From: the human T2T-CHM13v2.0 reference genome, Homo sapiens
Strand: one strand, 5' to 3'
Length of the DNA: 64,000 nt
NCBI RefSeq assembly: GCF_009914755.1
Contig: NC_060929.1
Positions 28,850 through 42,439 of the stretch are shown piece by piece; position 1 is the first letter of the stretch, and each line of letters opens with the position of its first letter. The translations under genes were made by a program, and so were the position numbers. The notes beneath the pieces were generated by a model that saw only the letters and a program-made list of their open reading frames with translations, ran no database searches and was not told where the DNA came from.

Positions 28850-28995
28850 CAGTGGTGTGCTGATAAACCAACTCTCTAGGAAGAAAAAGGCCCTGGTTTG
28901 TAGCATCTGCCCATTTTTGTGGCATGAATATTCCCACCGGGGCTTATTTCAAGCTAACCAACATGATGTCACTGGATGTGGAATTGGGAAGAATT
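28850..28995. mobile_element. MER63-like DNA transposon fragment
   Basis: CAGTGGTGTGCTG terminus and GATGTCACTG...TTGGGAAGA; related sequence near 61720-62040. Confidence 0.5.
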
Positions 28996-30489
28996 GAGGA
29001 CAGTTTGTTAAATAACACTAATTAATTTAGCCAAGAGGGCTTTAGTACCCCAAACACCCACTCCCTCCTTTGGCATAGATGAAAAACTACAAATCAATTT
29101 ACTTGCCAGCATTCCAGCAAGTCATCTTCTTATAAATCTTTCAAGATCCTTCATTCCCTCATAACGCTTAAAAAAATTATATACTGCCTCACATCATTTT
29201 AACTGAAATTAGGTGTTTAAGCCAAAAAGAGTGAAACTCAGTTTTGGACTCCGTCAGAGGTATAATTGTACAAAGAATGCCCACATGACAGTAAATGAGA
29301 ATTTGAAGCATGAGGCAGTTTCAAAATGAGGCAACTTCTGAGACTTTTAGAAAAGAGGTTTTTTTGGAGAAAAGGAGGAGACTAGACCTTTATCAGTATC
29401 AGTAAATTCTTACACTTGAAATGTTCTGACCAGATGTTTTAAAAGTTAAAAAAATGTTTAACTCCATTTTTCCTTTGTACATGGAAATCAGTTGCATGCG
29501 AACAGAGCATATCCTCTTTGCTGCTCTGCCTCCTGCACTTCCCACAGAGCAGGTCATTAGAAGTTAACATGCAGAACACTCAAGGTGAAAAGGCTTGTTT
29601 TTCGGTGTTTCTGACAGCTTTATCAGGGCTTTAAGGAAACGCTGAATTTTGTCCTTAGCCAATTGAAATGAAGACACATGTTTGGGTCAGAAAATTGGTC
29701 AAATTATGAACACGTTTAGTCACAGGAAGAGTTTAGACATCAGAGCCTGATGAAGTGGAAGTTATTTGAGAAATAGTGGTTAGGTTTATAATGTGATCAA
29801 CACAAAATGATGCAGTTTAGTTATTTAAAAAAAAAAAAACTCTTCACACCACTCGTGAGATAGAGTCAACAACCAAGATTCACGTCAACGGTACATTTTG
29901 ACCAACAGGTTTCCTTCCCCAGTGAGATCAAAACACATAGAAAACTGGTTTCATTTGGAGTCTGTGCTAAAAAAAAGTGAAATTTGTGCCCCACCCCAAA
30001 AAATATAAATAAATAAATGATGTCCAAACTTGGGAGTGGATCTGCCAGATCTGTTTCCAACTCAAAGATTTTTCAATACATAAAAACATTGTATAATATC
30101 CTGGAGGAAGCTCCAAAATAGTCACTTACACCTAAAAAAAAAAATTATGGCTTTTAACTAACCTTGTGAATTACCAGTCTTTGAAAAGGACAGACATGGC
30201 AGACAATAGCCCACTTTTATTAGCACCTGTTATGCTAGTTCATCCACACATTAACTTTGTGATGTATGTCCTAGTAACTTTAACTCACCAGAAAAGAAAG
30301 CTGACCCTCAGGTAAATAATTTCTTTCACATTTTTCAGTGCCTGAGTGGCTAATTTTTCTGACTCCAAAAGTCCTTGATTTTTTTCTCTTTTTTAATTTT
30401 GCCCTAAAATGAATTGTTTCTTTGTCTCATGCAAGTTTTAATGATTCAGATTTTCACCTGACAGTTTTTGGTTTCATTTAACCTAATTC

Positions 30490-30713
30490 AGGCTTTCTTA
30501 GCCTTGGTACTATTGACATTTTAGGCTGGATAATTCTTTGCTGGAAGAGTGGGAGCTTGTCCCGTGCATTGTGGGAAGCTTAGCCACATCCCTAACCTCT
30601 ACCCATGAGGTGCCAGCAGCATTCTCCCCCAGTTGTGACAATTAGAAATGTCTCCAGACATTGCCAGATGGCTCATGGCAGAGGGCAGGATCCCACTCCC
30701 ACTGGGAACCACT
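30490..30713 (+). mobile_element. MER20
   Basis: CTATTGACATTT...GGATAATTCTTTG...CCCAGTTGTGACAA...AAATGTCTCCAGACATTGCCA...GAACCACT. Confidence 0.85.
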
Positions 30714-31149
30714 AACCTAGGGAGAGACCTAAGGAAGAGGAGACTCCATTCCAGGGGGAGGGAGGGAGGAGTGAAGGGTTGGAGAGTTTACTGGGTACCT
30801 GTCATGAGTAGACTCAGTGAAAAGTGAGGTAGGAGAGAATGCAAACTCCTCCAACCCAGACCTAAAGATTATGTAGCTCTTCAAAAGTCATCGCATGACA
30901 GGTAGGAATAGCTAATGGAAGAGCACGTTAGGCCAGTTTCAATGCAGAAAAGGATTCTTAGAGAGCAGAAGTCAGATAAATAGAACAGACTTTGTCACTA
31001 GCTCTAGTAGAATTTGACATAAGGTAAGGTTACCCAAAGACCTGCATAGGATAATTTTATTCATATACTATGAAAGTTCTTTTGATATACCTCATGTGTT
31101 GGAAAAGGGCTTTGATGAATTAACTTCACTTGTGGATTGAGCCTTCTAG

Positions 31150-31360
31150 TTCAATCCACAAACATTTAACACGTTGTATGTGCTGGACACTGAGGGATGC
31201 CAGAAGAGCAGGTGACAGCCACAGTCCCTGCCCTTGACGTACCTCGGTCTAGTAGGGAAACACATAATCCCACACTATGATTATACTCCTTGGGAAGTGT
31301 CTTGTTAGAGGGGTGGCTCATTAGCACTGCAGAAGCACAGAGGGAAACCCTGCCTGAGGG
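31150..31360 (-). mobile_element. L2 3' fragment
   Basis: TTCAATCCACAAACATTTA...TATGTGCTGGACACTG...GTCCCTGCCCT...GTCTAG; similar L2-like pieces near 4165-4280 and 59475-59700. Confidence 0.55.
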
Positions 31361-32896
31361 AGGGATGTATGCATATTTATTATCTTAACGTTTATACTGC
31401 ATCACCAAATGTTTTATCACATATTTTAGGATAAGCAAATTCGGTAATATTAATTTTCCGGGCAGAGAGACATTAGATGAAACATGCGGGGCAAAGTGTA
31501 TGGGAAACCAGAAGCACGGCCAAGAGTGGTGACCATAGAGAATTCCTATAGCAGCACACACACAATTTTATTTGACAGTATTTAATTATGCTCACAATTG
31601 CATTACCTTCAACGTAGATCCTTTATGCAGAGGATCTACTACAGTGGTATTGCCCCTCCCACACTTGTTAAACATGTGATATGTCTCTGGTTGGTTGTTT
31701 GTAGGACATTTAAGTGATTTAACACTTCGCCTCTTCACCTTTTAAATTTAATAATTCTTTTCCTCAAGTTGACCTATCCATATCCTATTCCAGACCTACT
31801 TTTCTTAGAGCTGTGTGGTTGTGTGACTCACTTTCGGAACGTCGGCCTACCTAGTGGGGCAAGTTTGGTTTATGATGATATGTCCAAGGAATTTTTGTAG
31901 TCTTAGGCTCAACCTAGAATGATTTGTACTGTCATATTTCATTCAAGGTTATCTAGGATACTACCTTCTCCCACTCATTTATACTCAAACACTTTGCAGT
32001 AAACTTTCATACTTCCTCATTCTCTCCTAGGCCACAGCCCAATGCAGTCAATCACCGAGTTATATGAGGTCTCGATAATATTTTGTACATTTCTAACTGC
32101 ATTAGAATTCAGACCCCCATCACCTTGATTCAGAGAACTAAATCTGGTAGTTTTACTTCTAGCAGCACTCCCTTCCAATTTATTCTTAACACTGTCATTA
32201 GTAAAGCTGTTACAAACGTAGTATCTTGCCCATCAGCCCACCTTTGCTCCACTGAGTACACAAGTCCCCAGATTACTTTCCTCAAGTTATCCTTCGCATT
32301 GCTAGTGTACATCCTTCAGCAGCAGCCAAAGTCCTCTCCTTTTCTAGAGGCCCATGGTCACCCCTGCCCCCAGATCTTTGTTTCTAGCATCCCTTTCTTC
32401 TGCTGGGCATTGTGTCTTTTTCCAACCCAAGTACTTAGAGTGCCATGCGTAGTGAGTGCCTGGAGGGTGGTATTGATTAGTTTTACCCCCATTATTGGAT
32501 CGCTTGACCTGTTTCCCAGCTGAGGGATTTACTGGACAGGTATGCTCATCTTATTTTCTGAGATTGTCTGATATCCACAGGTTAGATTAGTAATACTCAG
32601 ACAGAATTAGGGAGAAACATTCTAAAAATGTTCAAATTATTTTCATGGATATTCTTGAGATTGGTTGCTAAAAGTCTGTAGTATCTTACTGTTGAATCCA
32701 TCACTCTGTTGGTGACATTTACATGAATTCTGAGACATATCAACTCAAGTCTTAGGAAATCTGGGAATATGCATTTTTAAATTTTTCCTGTTGAGGTTTT
32801 AGGAAACATTTACTATATGACTAACCATTCCTAGTTAGAACCCTTTTCAGTCAGGGCAGAACCACCCTCAGAGGATGTTAGGAAATGTTTGGGTTC

Positions 32897-33594
32897 TGTA
32901 TTCGTTTGCTCAGGCAGTTATAACAAGTTACCACAGACTGCGTGGCTTAAAACGCAGAAACTTGGCCAGGCACAGTGGCTCACACCTGTAATCCCAGCAC
33001 TTTGGGAGGCTGAGGCGGGTGGATCACGAGGTCAGGAGTTTGAGACCAGCCTGACCAACATGATGAAACCCTGTCTCTACTAAAAATACAAAAATTAGCC
33101 AGGCGTGGTGGTACACACCTGTAATCCCACCTACTCAGGAGGCTGAGGCAGGAGAATCGCTTGAACCCGGGAGGTGAAGGTTGCAGTGAGCCGAGATCAC
33201 ACCAGAGATGCACTCCAGCCTTGGCTACAGAGTGAGACTCCATCTCAAAAAGCAGAAACTTACTTCTCGTGGTTCTGGAGGCTAGAAGTCCGAGAAAAAA
33301 GCATGTTTGGTTTCCCCTGAGGCTTCTGTCCTTGGCTTGTAGATGGTCACCTGCTCACTGCATCCTCACAGCGTTTCTCCTCTGTGCCTGTGCATCCCTA
33401 GTGTGTCTCTCTCTGTGTCCTCATTTCCCCTCCTAGAAGGATATCAGTTACATTGGATTAGAGTCCACTCTAATGGCCTCATTTTAACTTACATGCAGTC
33501 ACTTTCTGAGGCATTAGGAGTTTGGGCTTAGAGGGGTGGGACAGAGGATGGGGTAGGTAACCACTGAAGATGCAGCCCAATTCAGCCCATAACA
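32897..33594 (-). mobile_element. MaLR solo LTR (MLT1B-like) interrupted by an Alu
   Basis: TGTATT...ACCACAGACTG..GGCTTAAA..CAGAAA / GTTCTGGAGGCTAGAAGTCCGAG...AATTCAGCCCATAACA. Confidence 0.8.
32964..33251 (+). mobile_element. Alu (AluSg-like) with very short A-tail
   Basis: Alu dimer; TSD GCAGAAACTT at 32954-32963 and 33252-33261. Confidence 0.94.
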
Positions 33595-33905
33595 AAGGCA
33601 TTATTTTTTGTTGCCCCAAAGTGTGGAGGTCTGCTACTGGCATCATGGGCAGGGGGTCAGGCATCCTAAGTGCTTGCAATATGTCAGAGAGACCTCCACA
33701 GGAAAAATTGTTCTACCCCAAATGCCCGGAGCAACCCCTACAAGAAGTACGGCTAACGAATACTTTGTGTCTTGTATTTATCCTCATATTGCTTCCTTAT
33801 TTTTTTTTTTTTTTGTCACATGTGAGTCAAATTGTTCAGAAAATTAGCCCAACTGATGTATTCTATAAAATAAATGTCTGAAATATTTCTTAAATTGTTT
33901 CCTAG

Positions 33906-34037
33906 ATACACCCTCCGTGGACTTGGAAATGATCGATGTGCACGTTTTGGCTGACGCTTTCAAACGCTATCTCCTGGACTTACCAAATCCTGTCATTCCA
34001 GCAGCCGTTTACAGTGAAATGATTTCTTTAGCTCCAG
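33906..34037 (+). CDS. PIK3R1: PIK3R1 exon 5 (132 bp)
   Basis: cctag|ATACACCC...GCTCCAG|gtttgt; (D)[43 protein letters not shown](E). Confidence 0.98.
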
Positions 34038-34776
34038 GTTTGTTTTTTCTCTTCTGGGAACCTCATTGAACATACATGGAGATGTAGAGGTGCTTGTATA
34101 TGTCTTGCATATATAGAAATAGTGGTTAGAAAATAGTAGTAATAACCTGTCCCTCCCCCAACAATACCACCTCAAATTTCCTCCTCCACCCAAGCATCCA
34201 AGAGAAGACCCAGATTCTCATTTGCTTGGGAAGCCCGTCTGCATGTCAGAATCAGAAATGGCTCATTGTTAACCTATTGGTCTTAACAAAGTTTGTACGT
34301 CAATGAAGGACACGGTCTTCCAAGTACTAGTGTCAGATTCAAGGAACTGGGACTAGAATCCAGTGATGGGGGATGTTCTTGTCATCTTTCCTGAGTGGCC
34401 ATAACAGAATGTGTTGAGGGAAGATGGCTCTCAGTTTTAGGAGATAAGGTTCAGTTAAGTGCTTTGGGGACAGGAAACTGGTTCGTAACCTTCAAAGTTA
34501 AAACCTGTGATACTTATCTGATGCTCCTCTGAGTTAGCCAATCACACTTGAAGCTGCTCAATACTGGGTAAGTTGCTGCCAGCACACCCTGAACAGCTTG
34601 TGGTTTCTTTACACACTGAGCTTTTTGCATTTCCATTTGACCTGAGATTTCTACTTTCTCATAATGCGTTTTCTAATGAGAAGGACAAATGTACTGTGTG
34701 CTTCTCCCAACAACTTTTTAAATGACTCCTATAGCTTGAAGAAAGAGCAGAACTTTTCTAGGTGTTTATTCACTGA

Positions 34777-35034
<258 letters not shown>

Positions 35035-35174
35035 TAAGTGAAAGGAGACAAACATGTATTTTGGGGTGATGAGGGTAGTCCTAAATGGATTGGTCATGAA
35101 AATGTATTCTGAATATACTACTCCAGAGATGCATGTGCAGATGCTATCACACACATTCACTTGAGTGTATATAA

Positions 35175-35321
<147 letters not shown>

Positions 35322-38300
35322 TGAGCATTTAACATTCTCTCATTGTTCATTTTTTAGAGCCTTAAAAAATGATGGCTATAAACCTCCTTTGAAGTAACAC
35401 AGCTTCTTATGGAATTACAGTTGGTAGTAATATGTTACCTTGTGATTTAAAGAAAAAATAGCTGAGTGGTAGTGTATATGTTAATTATTATCCGAGTTTC
35501 AACATTTGTGGATTTTAAATTATCTTGGTTTTAGGTGAGAGTTTGGAGAGTTCCCTGTACCCTTCAACATTTATGCTTCAGGTTGTTGAAGAGATTTATG
35601 GAGTTCATTTTAGTTGTTGACATTTTTGTTTTTCTTTCTAATACTTACAAAGTAGGGGATTTATAATTACTATATAATTTAAAGTATTTTAGAATGTGTT
35701 TTTTGGAAGTGGGTATGCTGAGAAATGCCTGTCAAAATAAACATTTTCAATAATGCAAGCAGTATGAAACCAGTGTTCCCTGCAGCAAGTTCGAGCAAGC
35801 CAGACACTTCTTTGAAAGCAGGCTGCTGTTCAGTTAGCCATTTAACAAAGCAGGAAATGTAGACCATGTTAGCAATGCATTTAATTTAAACTGATGTATT
35901 TTTCTTCTACCGTGGAAAGTCTAAACAACCTCATTTTGCTATATACCAGTTAAAAGTTAGCTAATCGACACTGGTCATTTAGAATAGTAATTAGGGTACT
36001 ATACGTGTGAAGTTTCAGGACCAGTAAAAGGTGTTGCTTGTAGTCTTAATTTATGCCTGGAACTTAAAATGAAACTCCATGAATATATTTATTATAGGTA
36101 ATATATGCAGATTACCATATTTATCTCTGTATGAGCAGGCATGGGGACTCAGTTTCATCTTCATGCAATGGAGAGTTAAGTTGTGCTTTTTCTTAATTGG
36201 GTATTGCACAGCCAGGCTTGGTTACTTGCATCTGGATGGGGCAGCCTAAGAGAGGCCAGGGCCTAGACTCAAAACCCACCTGCAGCAGGTAGGATAGAGG
36301 ATAGGGTAGGTAAACACTGAAGATGCGGGTATTGGGAAAGGTTTATGTGGACAGGCCCAAAATGTACCAAAGGTGAGAGAGAGGTATCCGGTATAGTAGA
36401 TAAGGCAAGCATGGGATGTTCTAAATCACAGCAAGCAGAATGTTTTAACAGGGGTGCCCAGAATTCTAGGTAAACTACGTCAAAGAAGACTGTCAACAGG
36501 TAGGGACTAGGACTTCAGTCCAGGGGTTGGCCAAAAGGCTTCATCTCGTGTGAGTACACAGGTCACTGTGAATGGATTTGGGAGCTCTGTGCTGGTGTTC
36601 AGAGGCTGCCTTTGGACTTAGTGGAAAAGAATTGGGGTAGGGGTGTGGCACATGGCACTTAAGTTGAGGTTTATGTTAGAGACTAGGTAGAGCTGGACCC
36701 TGCTCTCAGTGAAGGGCTAGTGGGTAGTCCTGATCTTTTCAGCGGCCACTCCTCTAGAGAGAGGAGACACATGGAAGCCAAAGCCAGACAGGGTTTGACA
36801 GATACCCACAAATGAATTTATCACATGGAATTTTGGAGAATTTCTACTACACAAGGTATAGCAGAATCAGTGGTAGAGTTTGATTAGCCTGACTGGTGTA
36901 AACTAGTTAAACGCCTTTGTTAGTTTCATCCTAATTCCACCAAAGTAAAAACGGGTATCTGCACTATTTTCATAATGCCACCCGGAAAGCTGTTTGATAT
37001 GTCAAAGGACCCTACATTTCTCTGCTGAGCAATTGGTGCGCCTGTTTCAAAGGAGGATTAGTTCCATCAGCTCTGCTAAAGGATGACAAAGCCTTGAACA
37101 TTTGCTAGATCATCCCAGTATTTATGTGGCCTCTTAAAAAAAATTAAATCCAAGTCGGTTTTAAACTCTAGTTTGAGCCGTTTTCCCAGGAAGTTTGTGT
37201 GATTTGTATAGGACCTTTGGGATTAAATGGCTGTTTTAGTATCTCTCATGTGTGCATACATTGTACTGCCCACTCCAGGAACAAAACGTCCCCATCCAGA
37301 ACATCTTCGTATTCAGGAATGGCTCCAGTGCAAATGACTGCTATGGCAGCCTGGGTTGAAGAAATGATTCTTAGGCCTGGTTTAAAAAATGCAATAATTT
37401 CTTAGAGTCCTTCAGCATTGCCACAGCATGTGCTAGTACCAGACAGAACTTTGAAAGCACAGCACCTTACATCTCCAGCGAATGGCCATTTACAGTAACA
37501 TTGTTGTGAACACAAATGAGTACCTGAATGATGTTTAAGGGAGACAAAAGCAAGACTCTGTTATAGGGCAGATAGACAGCATTTCTAATTATTACCAGAT
37601 AGAACTTGAAATGACAAAGCTTATGATGTTTGAGGCAAAGTATCAGTTCAAATAAGAGCCATTAGCACATAGTATCTAATTAAATGCTAGGTGGGAGTGC
37701 ACATACTCTAAGTACAAAAAGAACTTTAGAAATGCAGCTGGTGACTTTCTAGGGTAATGGAGTAGACAGAAAAGGCTCATAGAAGAAATAGGGCTTGAAA
37801 TGTGCCTTGAAGAATAGGTACAATTTGAATAGGCAAAGGAGAAATAGCATTTTGATGCATGGAGTTTAAAGACTTATTCAAAATAAATTACACAGTACAA
37901 AATAATGGCTTGGTATTTTACAAAAGCAGTACATATTTTAAGTGATAGTATCACAAAAAACATCATTTTAGAGTTGAAAGCATTGTCCAGCTTTACCAAT
38001 TTGGACATGAGGAAACCGAGGCCCACAGATAGAGGTTCGCTCTGTGCTACCCGGCCAGTATGGGCCCAAACCGGGTCTGCCCAGGAGCCGCCTCCTACAC
38101 TCCAGCCCATTCTATCTGCCATGCCCTGCTGCCTGGATTTTTGGAAACTTCGTGAGCAATGAGGCTGCTTTTAGTGTCCAATCAAAAACTCCTCTGAAGT
38201 TTCCAGCATGTAATAAACTAAAAATATGTGAAATTAGCCCCCATGGGTCACATATAGTAAACAAAGTCAGGGCAATGTTTATACTTTTCAGGATAAGGCT

Positions 38301-41300
38301 CCAAATCACTCCATGAGCTGTGCAGTGGAAAAAAAAGTGGGCTTCTGACTCAAATAGATCTGGATTGGAATCTCAACTCTCTCGAGTAACTCAGCTTTTC
38401 CAAATTGTTTTCCAGACTGTGGAATTGGGTTAATGCCTCTCTCCTGGGGTTGGTATGAGATTTAATGAACTGATAATTTCTCTGCTATCTATCGCATCAA
38501 CTCTAGCTTTTGAGGCCTTATGGGAGCTGTCCTCATTCAGCAGGTCTGATTCCTTCAGTCCACCCATTCCTCATTAGTTGTGTGAATCCTGTCAGGCCTT
38601 TTTCCTTACTGACGCCATGTTCCCAGCCAGCAGAGCTACGGCCTCTAGGAGCCTGTAGGGGCTAAAAGGGACACTTGGGAAGTTGCCACCCTGATGTGGG
38701 TACATTGCTTGGAGGGAGAAAGGTGCCTTTGTATGAATATGTGGCTTGGTGAATGGAGCAGCCTAGATTTCATCACCACTCCTCCATCTTGCCTAGGTGC
38801 CTTTGCACAGTGCACAAAATATGCAACCATACGTCGCTGCCCCAAGCAGTGCCATCCACTTTATCTGCACTCAAGTAGGTCCTTCCCGTTTTATATGCAA
38901 GTTAAGTCGACCCATTCAGTATGTTTATGCCTTTAAGCTTCCTGTCACCTTATGTTTAACTGTCTATAGTTTTTCCTATTCATCTGCTTAATTACATTTC
39001 TAAAGGGTAGGGGTAAAGGCTTTTTCTCCTTTTGAGCTCTTCCTAGCAGAGAACTAGGTACAGCATAATAATTATCTAAATTTTTCTTTGATAAACTTCC
39101 AACTTTCAAAGAATAGTAATACATCAACACATCTAATACATCCAGCAATCCTGGGAAATAAGGATTCTCCTCATTTACAGAGGGAAGCTAAGATTTGGAA
39201 AAGGTAGGGCACAGAGTAAGCTCTCTAGACTTTGTTGATAGTTTGCTGTTCTATTTTGTTACTAAAAAGTCTTAACTTGTCGTTTGGCTTTCAATATTTT
39301 TTTCTTGAATCATTGTGTTATCTTTACCCAATTAATGCTTAGGCAGGTAAAGTAGATTTCTGTAGGCAAACCAAGGTAAAAATAAGTCTATTTAACACAG
39401 GGTGCCTTTGAATGAAACCCATTATAAGTGTATTTACATATTTCAGATTTCATGGATATATTCAGAAATATTAATGTAATATAATTGAAGTCTAATATTG
39501 CACCCTCAAGCCCAGAGTGGAAAATAAATGACTCTTTCTACCCCTTGCCCTTCTACACCTGTCAAAGTTAATTTTTAACCACTGGCACATTGCAAAACAT
39601 TCATCCTGAAGAGCCTGATTCATAAATCTTGTTTTAAATGCTCTGGGCTTGGTTCTCAACCCAGACTAAAGGCAAGCACTAAGGTAGAGGGAAATGACAT
39701 TCAAAGAGTTTTACTTGTCTCTGATTTAATTTTTATTGGTTTAAAATGTGGTCTGACATTAGAGGGTTGCTTCAAAGGTGAAAAATGAAACTTTGAAAAA
39801 TTACATGTTTGTAGATGCGTAGAACTAAACGGGCAAGCCACACTAGGTTTTGTCAAACAATAGTTTTATTTGTGTCCTGAGAGACACAGGTATTTTGGTA
39901 TGTATGTGTTTAGGAGGGGTATATAGTCAGTTTTACTTTTGTTTTCACAGTGCAGATGTCTCTTTGTCTCAAGGGACAAAGATCTGAGGGAGAATTGCAG
40001 GGGGGACTACTTTATTCTGCTAAGCAGTGGGGATGCCTTTATCAGAAACCTGGTAGAATGTGTCAGAGTTTATACATACGTAAACCTGGGCTTATTTATA
40101 TACTTAAATGGATGTTTTCCTTAGCATAATGTCAGTTAAGACCAGTGGATATGGAGCAAATAATTTGAATTACCCTAAAAGGCCCTCTGTTCTAAGTTGT
40201 CTTAAGTTAAAATTATGAAGAGAGGTATTCATTTTACCCTTAGATGAAGATTTTGGTTAATTTTTGTTGTCTATTCTTTTTTTCATGGTCTTTGTTCATA
40301 AATGATGTCCAGAAAAAGAAGAAGTTTTCTAGGTTGAAAGCTGCTTGTGCAACATTTGCCACTTGATGGTGACTTGTACATATGAAATATAGTATTCAGT
40401 TTGTAACTTTTGAACAGTTTAAGGATCAAGAGACATTTTCCTAACTATATCTGCTGAGAAGTGAAACAATGGGCTGTATTTGCCTCTGAAATGAGTTTTA
40501 CGAAACTTTGAGGAAAGGGAGAATGATACATATTGTTTTAAAGAATCCAGAAGGTAAAGTTAGTTTTCCAGTGTGTCTAGGCCTTTGAGGTCCCAGAGAA
40601 ATGCTGACATTAAAATAAAAGTTTTCCTACAACACTAGCAGCTTCGTGAAAACTGTACTTTTGATTTACTAATTAGTGAGTCATATAGATCAAGTGACAG
40701 TAATACAATTATGTACATTAGTTGGTGTCAAATTTGGACATACGAAATATACAGAAAGTTGATGGTTTTCTCCCAAAGCAGGAATTACTGATTCAGTTCT
40801 ACCAGCAGAGGGCTCCCTTTTTTAAGCTAATAAAGAACATGTGTCTTGCAGATCACTTTTTAAACACTAAAATTCAACGGGAAAAAGATTCAGCTCACAC
40901 TTTCCTAATATAATAGGACCTCTTTGGTAGATGATTGTACATATTGTGAGAAATTTGTTTAAGGCAAAGTTTTTCCAATCTATTTCAAGACTTTCTATAC
41001 GTTGAGAGAGTACTGCTTTCCAGTGGCTTATTTTCTTCTGAAACAGAAAATATACTGGTGGACTTAACAGAGCATTTTAATCTTAGAAGGTTTTGACATG
41101 AAACATCATGTGAATCCAGACAGGTATGCTTAGGAGACTGATGTTTCCAATGTTTCTAGCTTTAGAAAGGCTATTTTTAAAAGTAGGGCAAGATTATGCA
41201 GCTCAGGATGCAAGGGTATTCTCTGAACTAACCATATGTCCCTATGATCAGATGGCAGATTCACTTATAGACTGTTATTTCCATTGGGAAAGTTTTTCAA

Positions 41301-42439
41301 TATTATATCAGTTGCACTAAAGGAAAGTTTGTAAAATCACTTTCATTGTGGGTTTAACAGCACTTTCCAGATATTTCAAGTAACCCTGAAGCTAGTTGCT
41401 GCTGTTGGCCTGTGTGGACTTTATGTGACCACTGGATCACTTTCCCATGCAGAGTATGAGGGTATTATTGAAAGAACCTATGTCTTCAAAGGGAATGAAA
41501 TGTTTTGTTTTAATTTAAGCAAGCTAAAAATAGAAAACAGAAAAAACCAGAGTTTTGTTAGGGGTGTGAAATTTTTTGCATGTGGCTTAAAAGATTAACT
41601 TCAGTTTTGTCCATTTTTTTTTACGTTCTCTAGCAAAGGGAAGTGAGGAGCAGGGACAATGGGTAGAGAAGGGCATTTGAAACCATCAGAAGATTGGGTT
41701 CTAGTCTTAGGGCTATAATCTTCTGTAAACCACTTCACCTCCCTGGGTCAGATTTCGTTTTCCCCTCTATGGCATGCAGGAATTGATTGAAGTGAACTCT
41801 AAATTACTTTCTGGTGTAAAGTTTGGTGATTTCCCTGGATAACCTTAAAGCTATCTATGCTCATGCAACTGAAAATTTTCTTAGATCAAATTTTAATTAA
41901 ATAGTAGTCAGTAATCCCAAGTCTGGTCCATTGCCACTTTCTCAAATAAAGGGCAAACATCCGCTTAGAAAGGTATGCCCTTCTCTGCCCTTCTATCCTT
42001 TACCCCATTAGCTGGCACATAAACCTAATGCAGAGACACCTTTTAATTAGCAGGTCATATGGCCATTTAAATGCGAGTTGCAATCGACCTCATAAAAATA
42101 GCCGCAGTGTTGTTTTATTCTGAATCGTCACATGATCATGGAGTATAGTATGCATATGGTGTGGGGTTTAATATTCGTCCGAGGATGCCCTCCTACTACT
42201 TACTATTGAACATTTTTGTAATCTCCTCCCTGCCCGAGTTGCTCACAAGGGCTTTCCTGTTACACCTGCAGGGCTGTCTGTGTTGGTGTGTGGGAGGAGG
42301 TGCAAGAGGTGGACACGAGCGAGGCGCTGTGTTCTGGGTTGTTCCAAGAGGTTCAGGCCTTTACAAGTGAGGCTTTGATTCTATTTTTTGCTGAACTAGC
42401 TCAGCCACTTCCTGTGTTTGGCTGTGCATAGTGCCTCGC

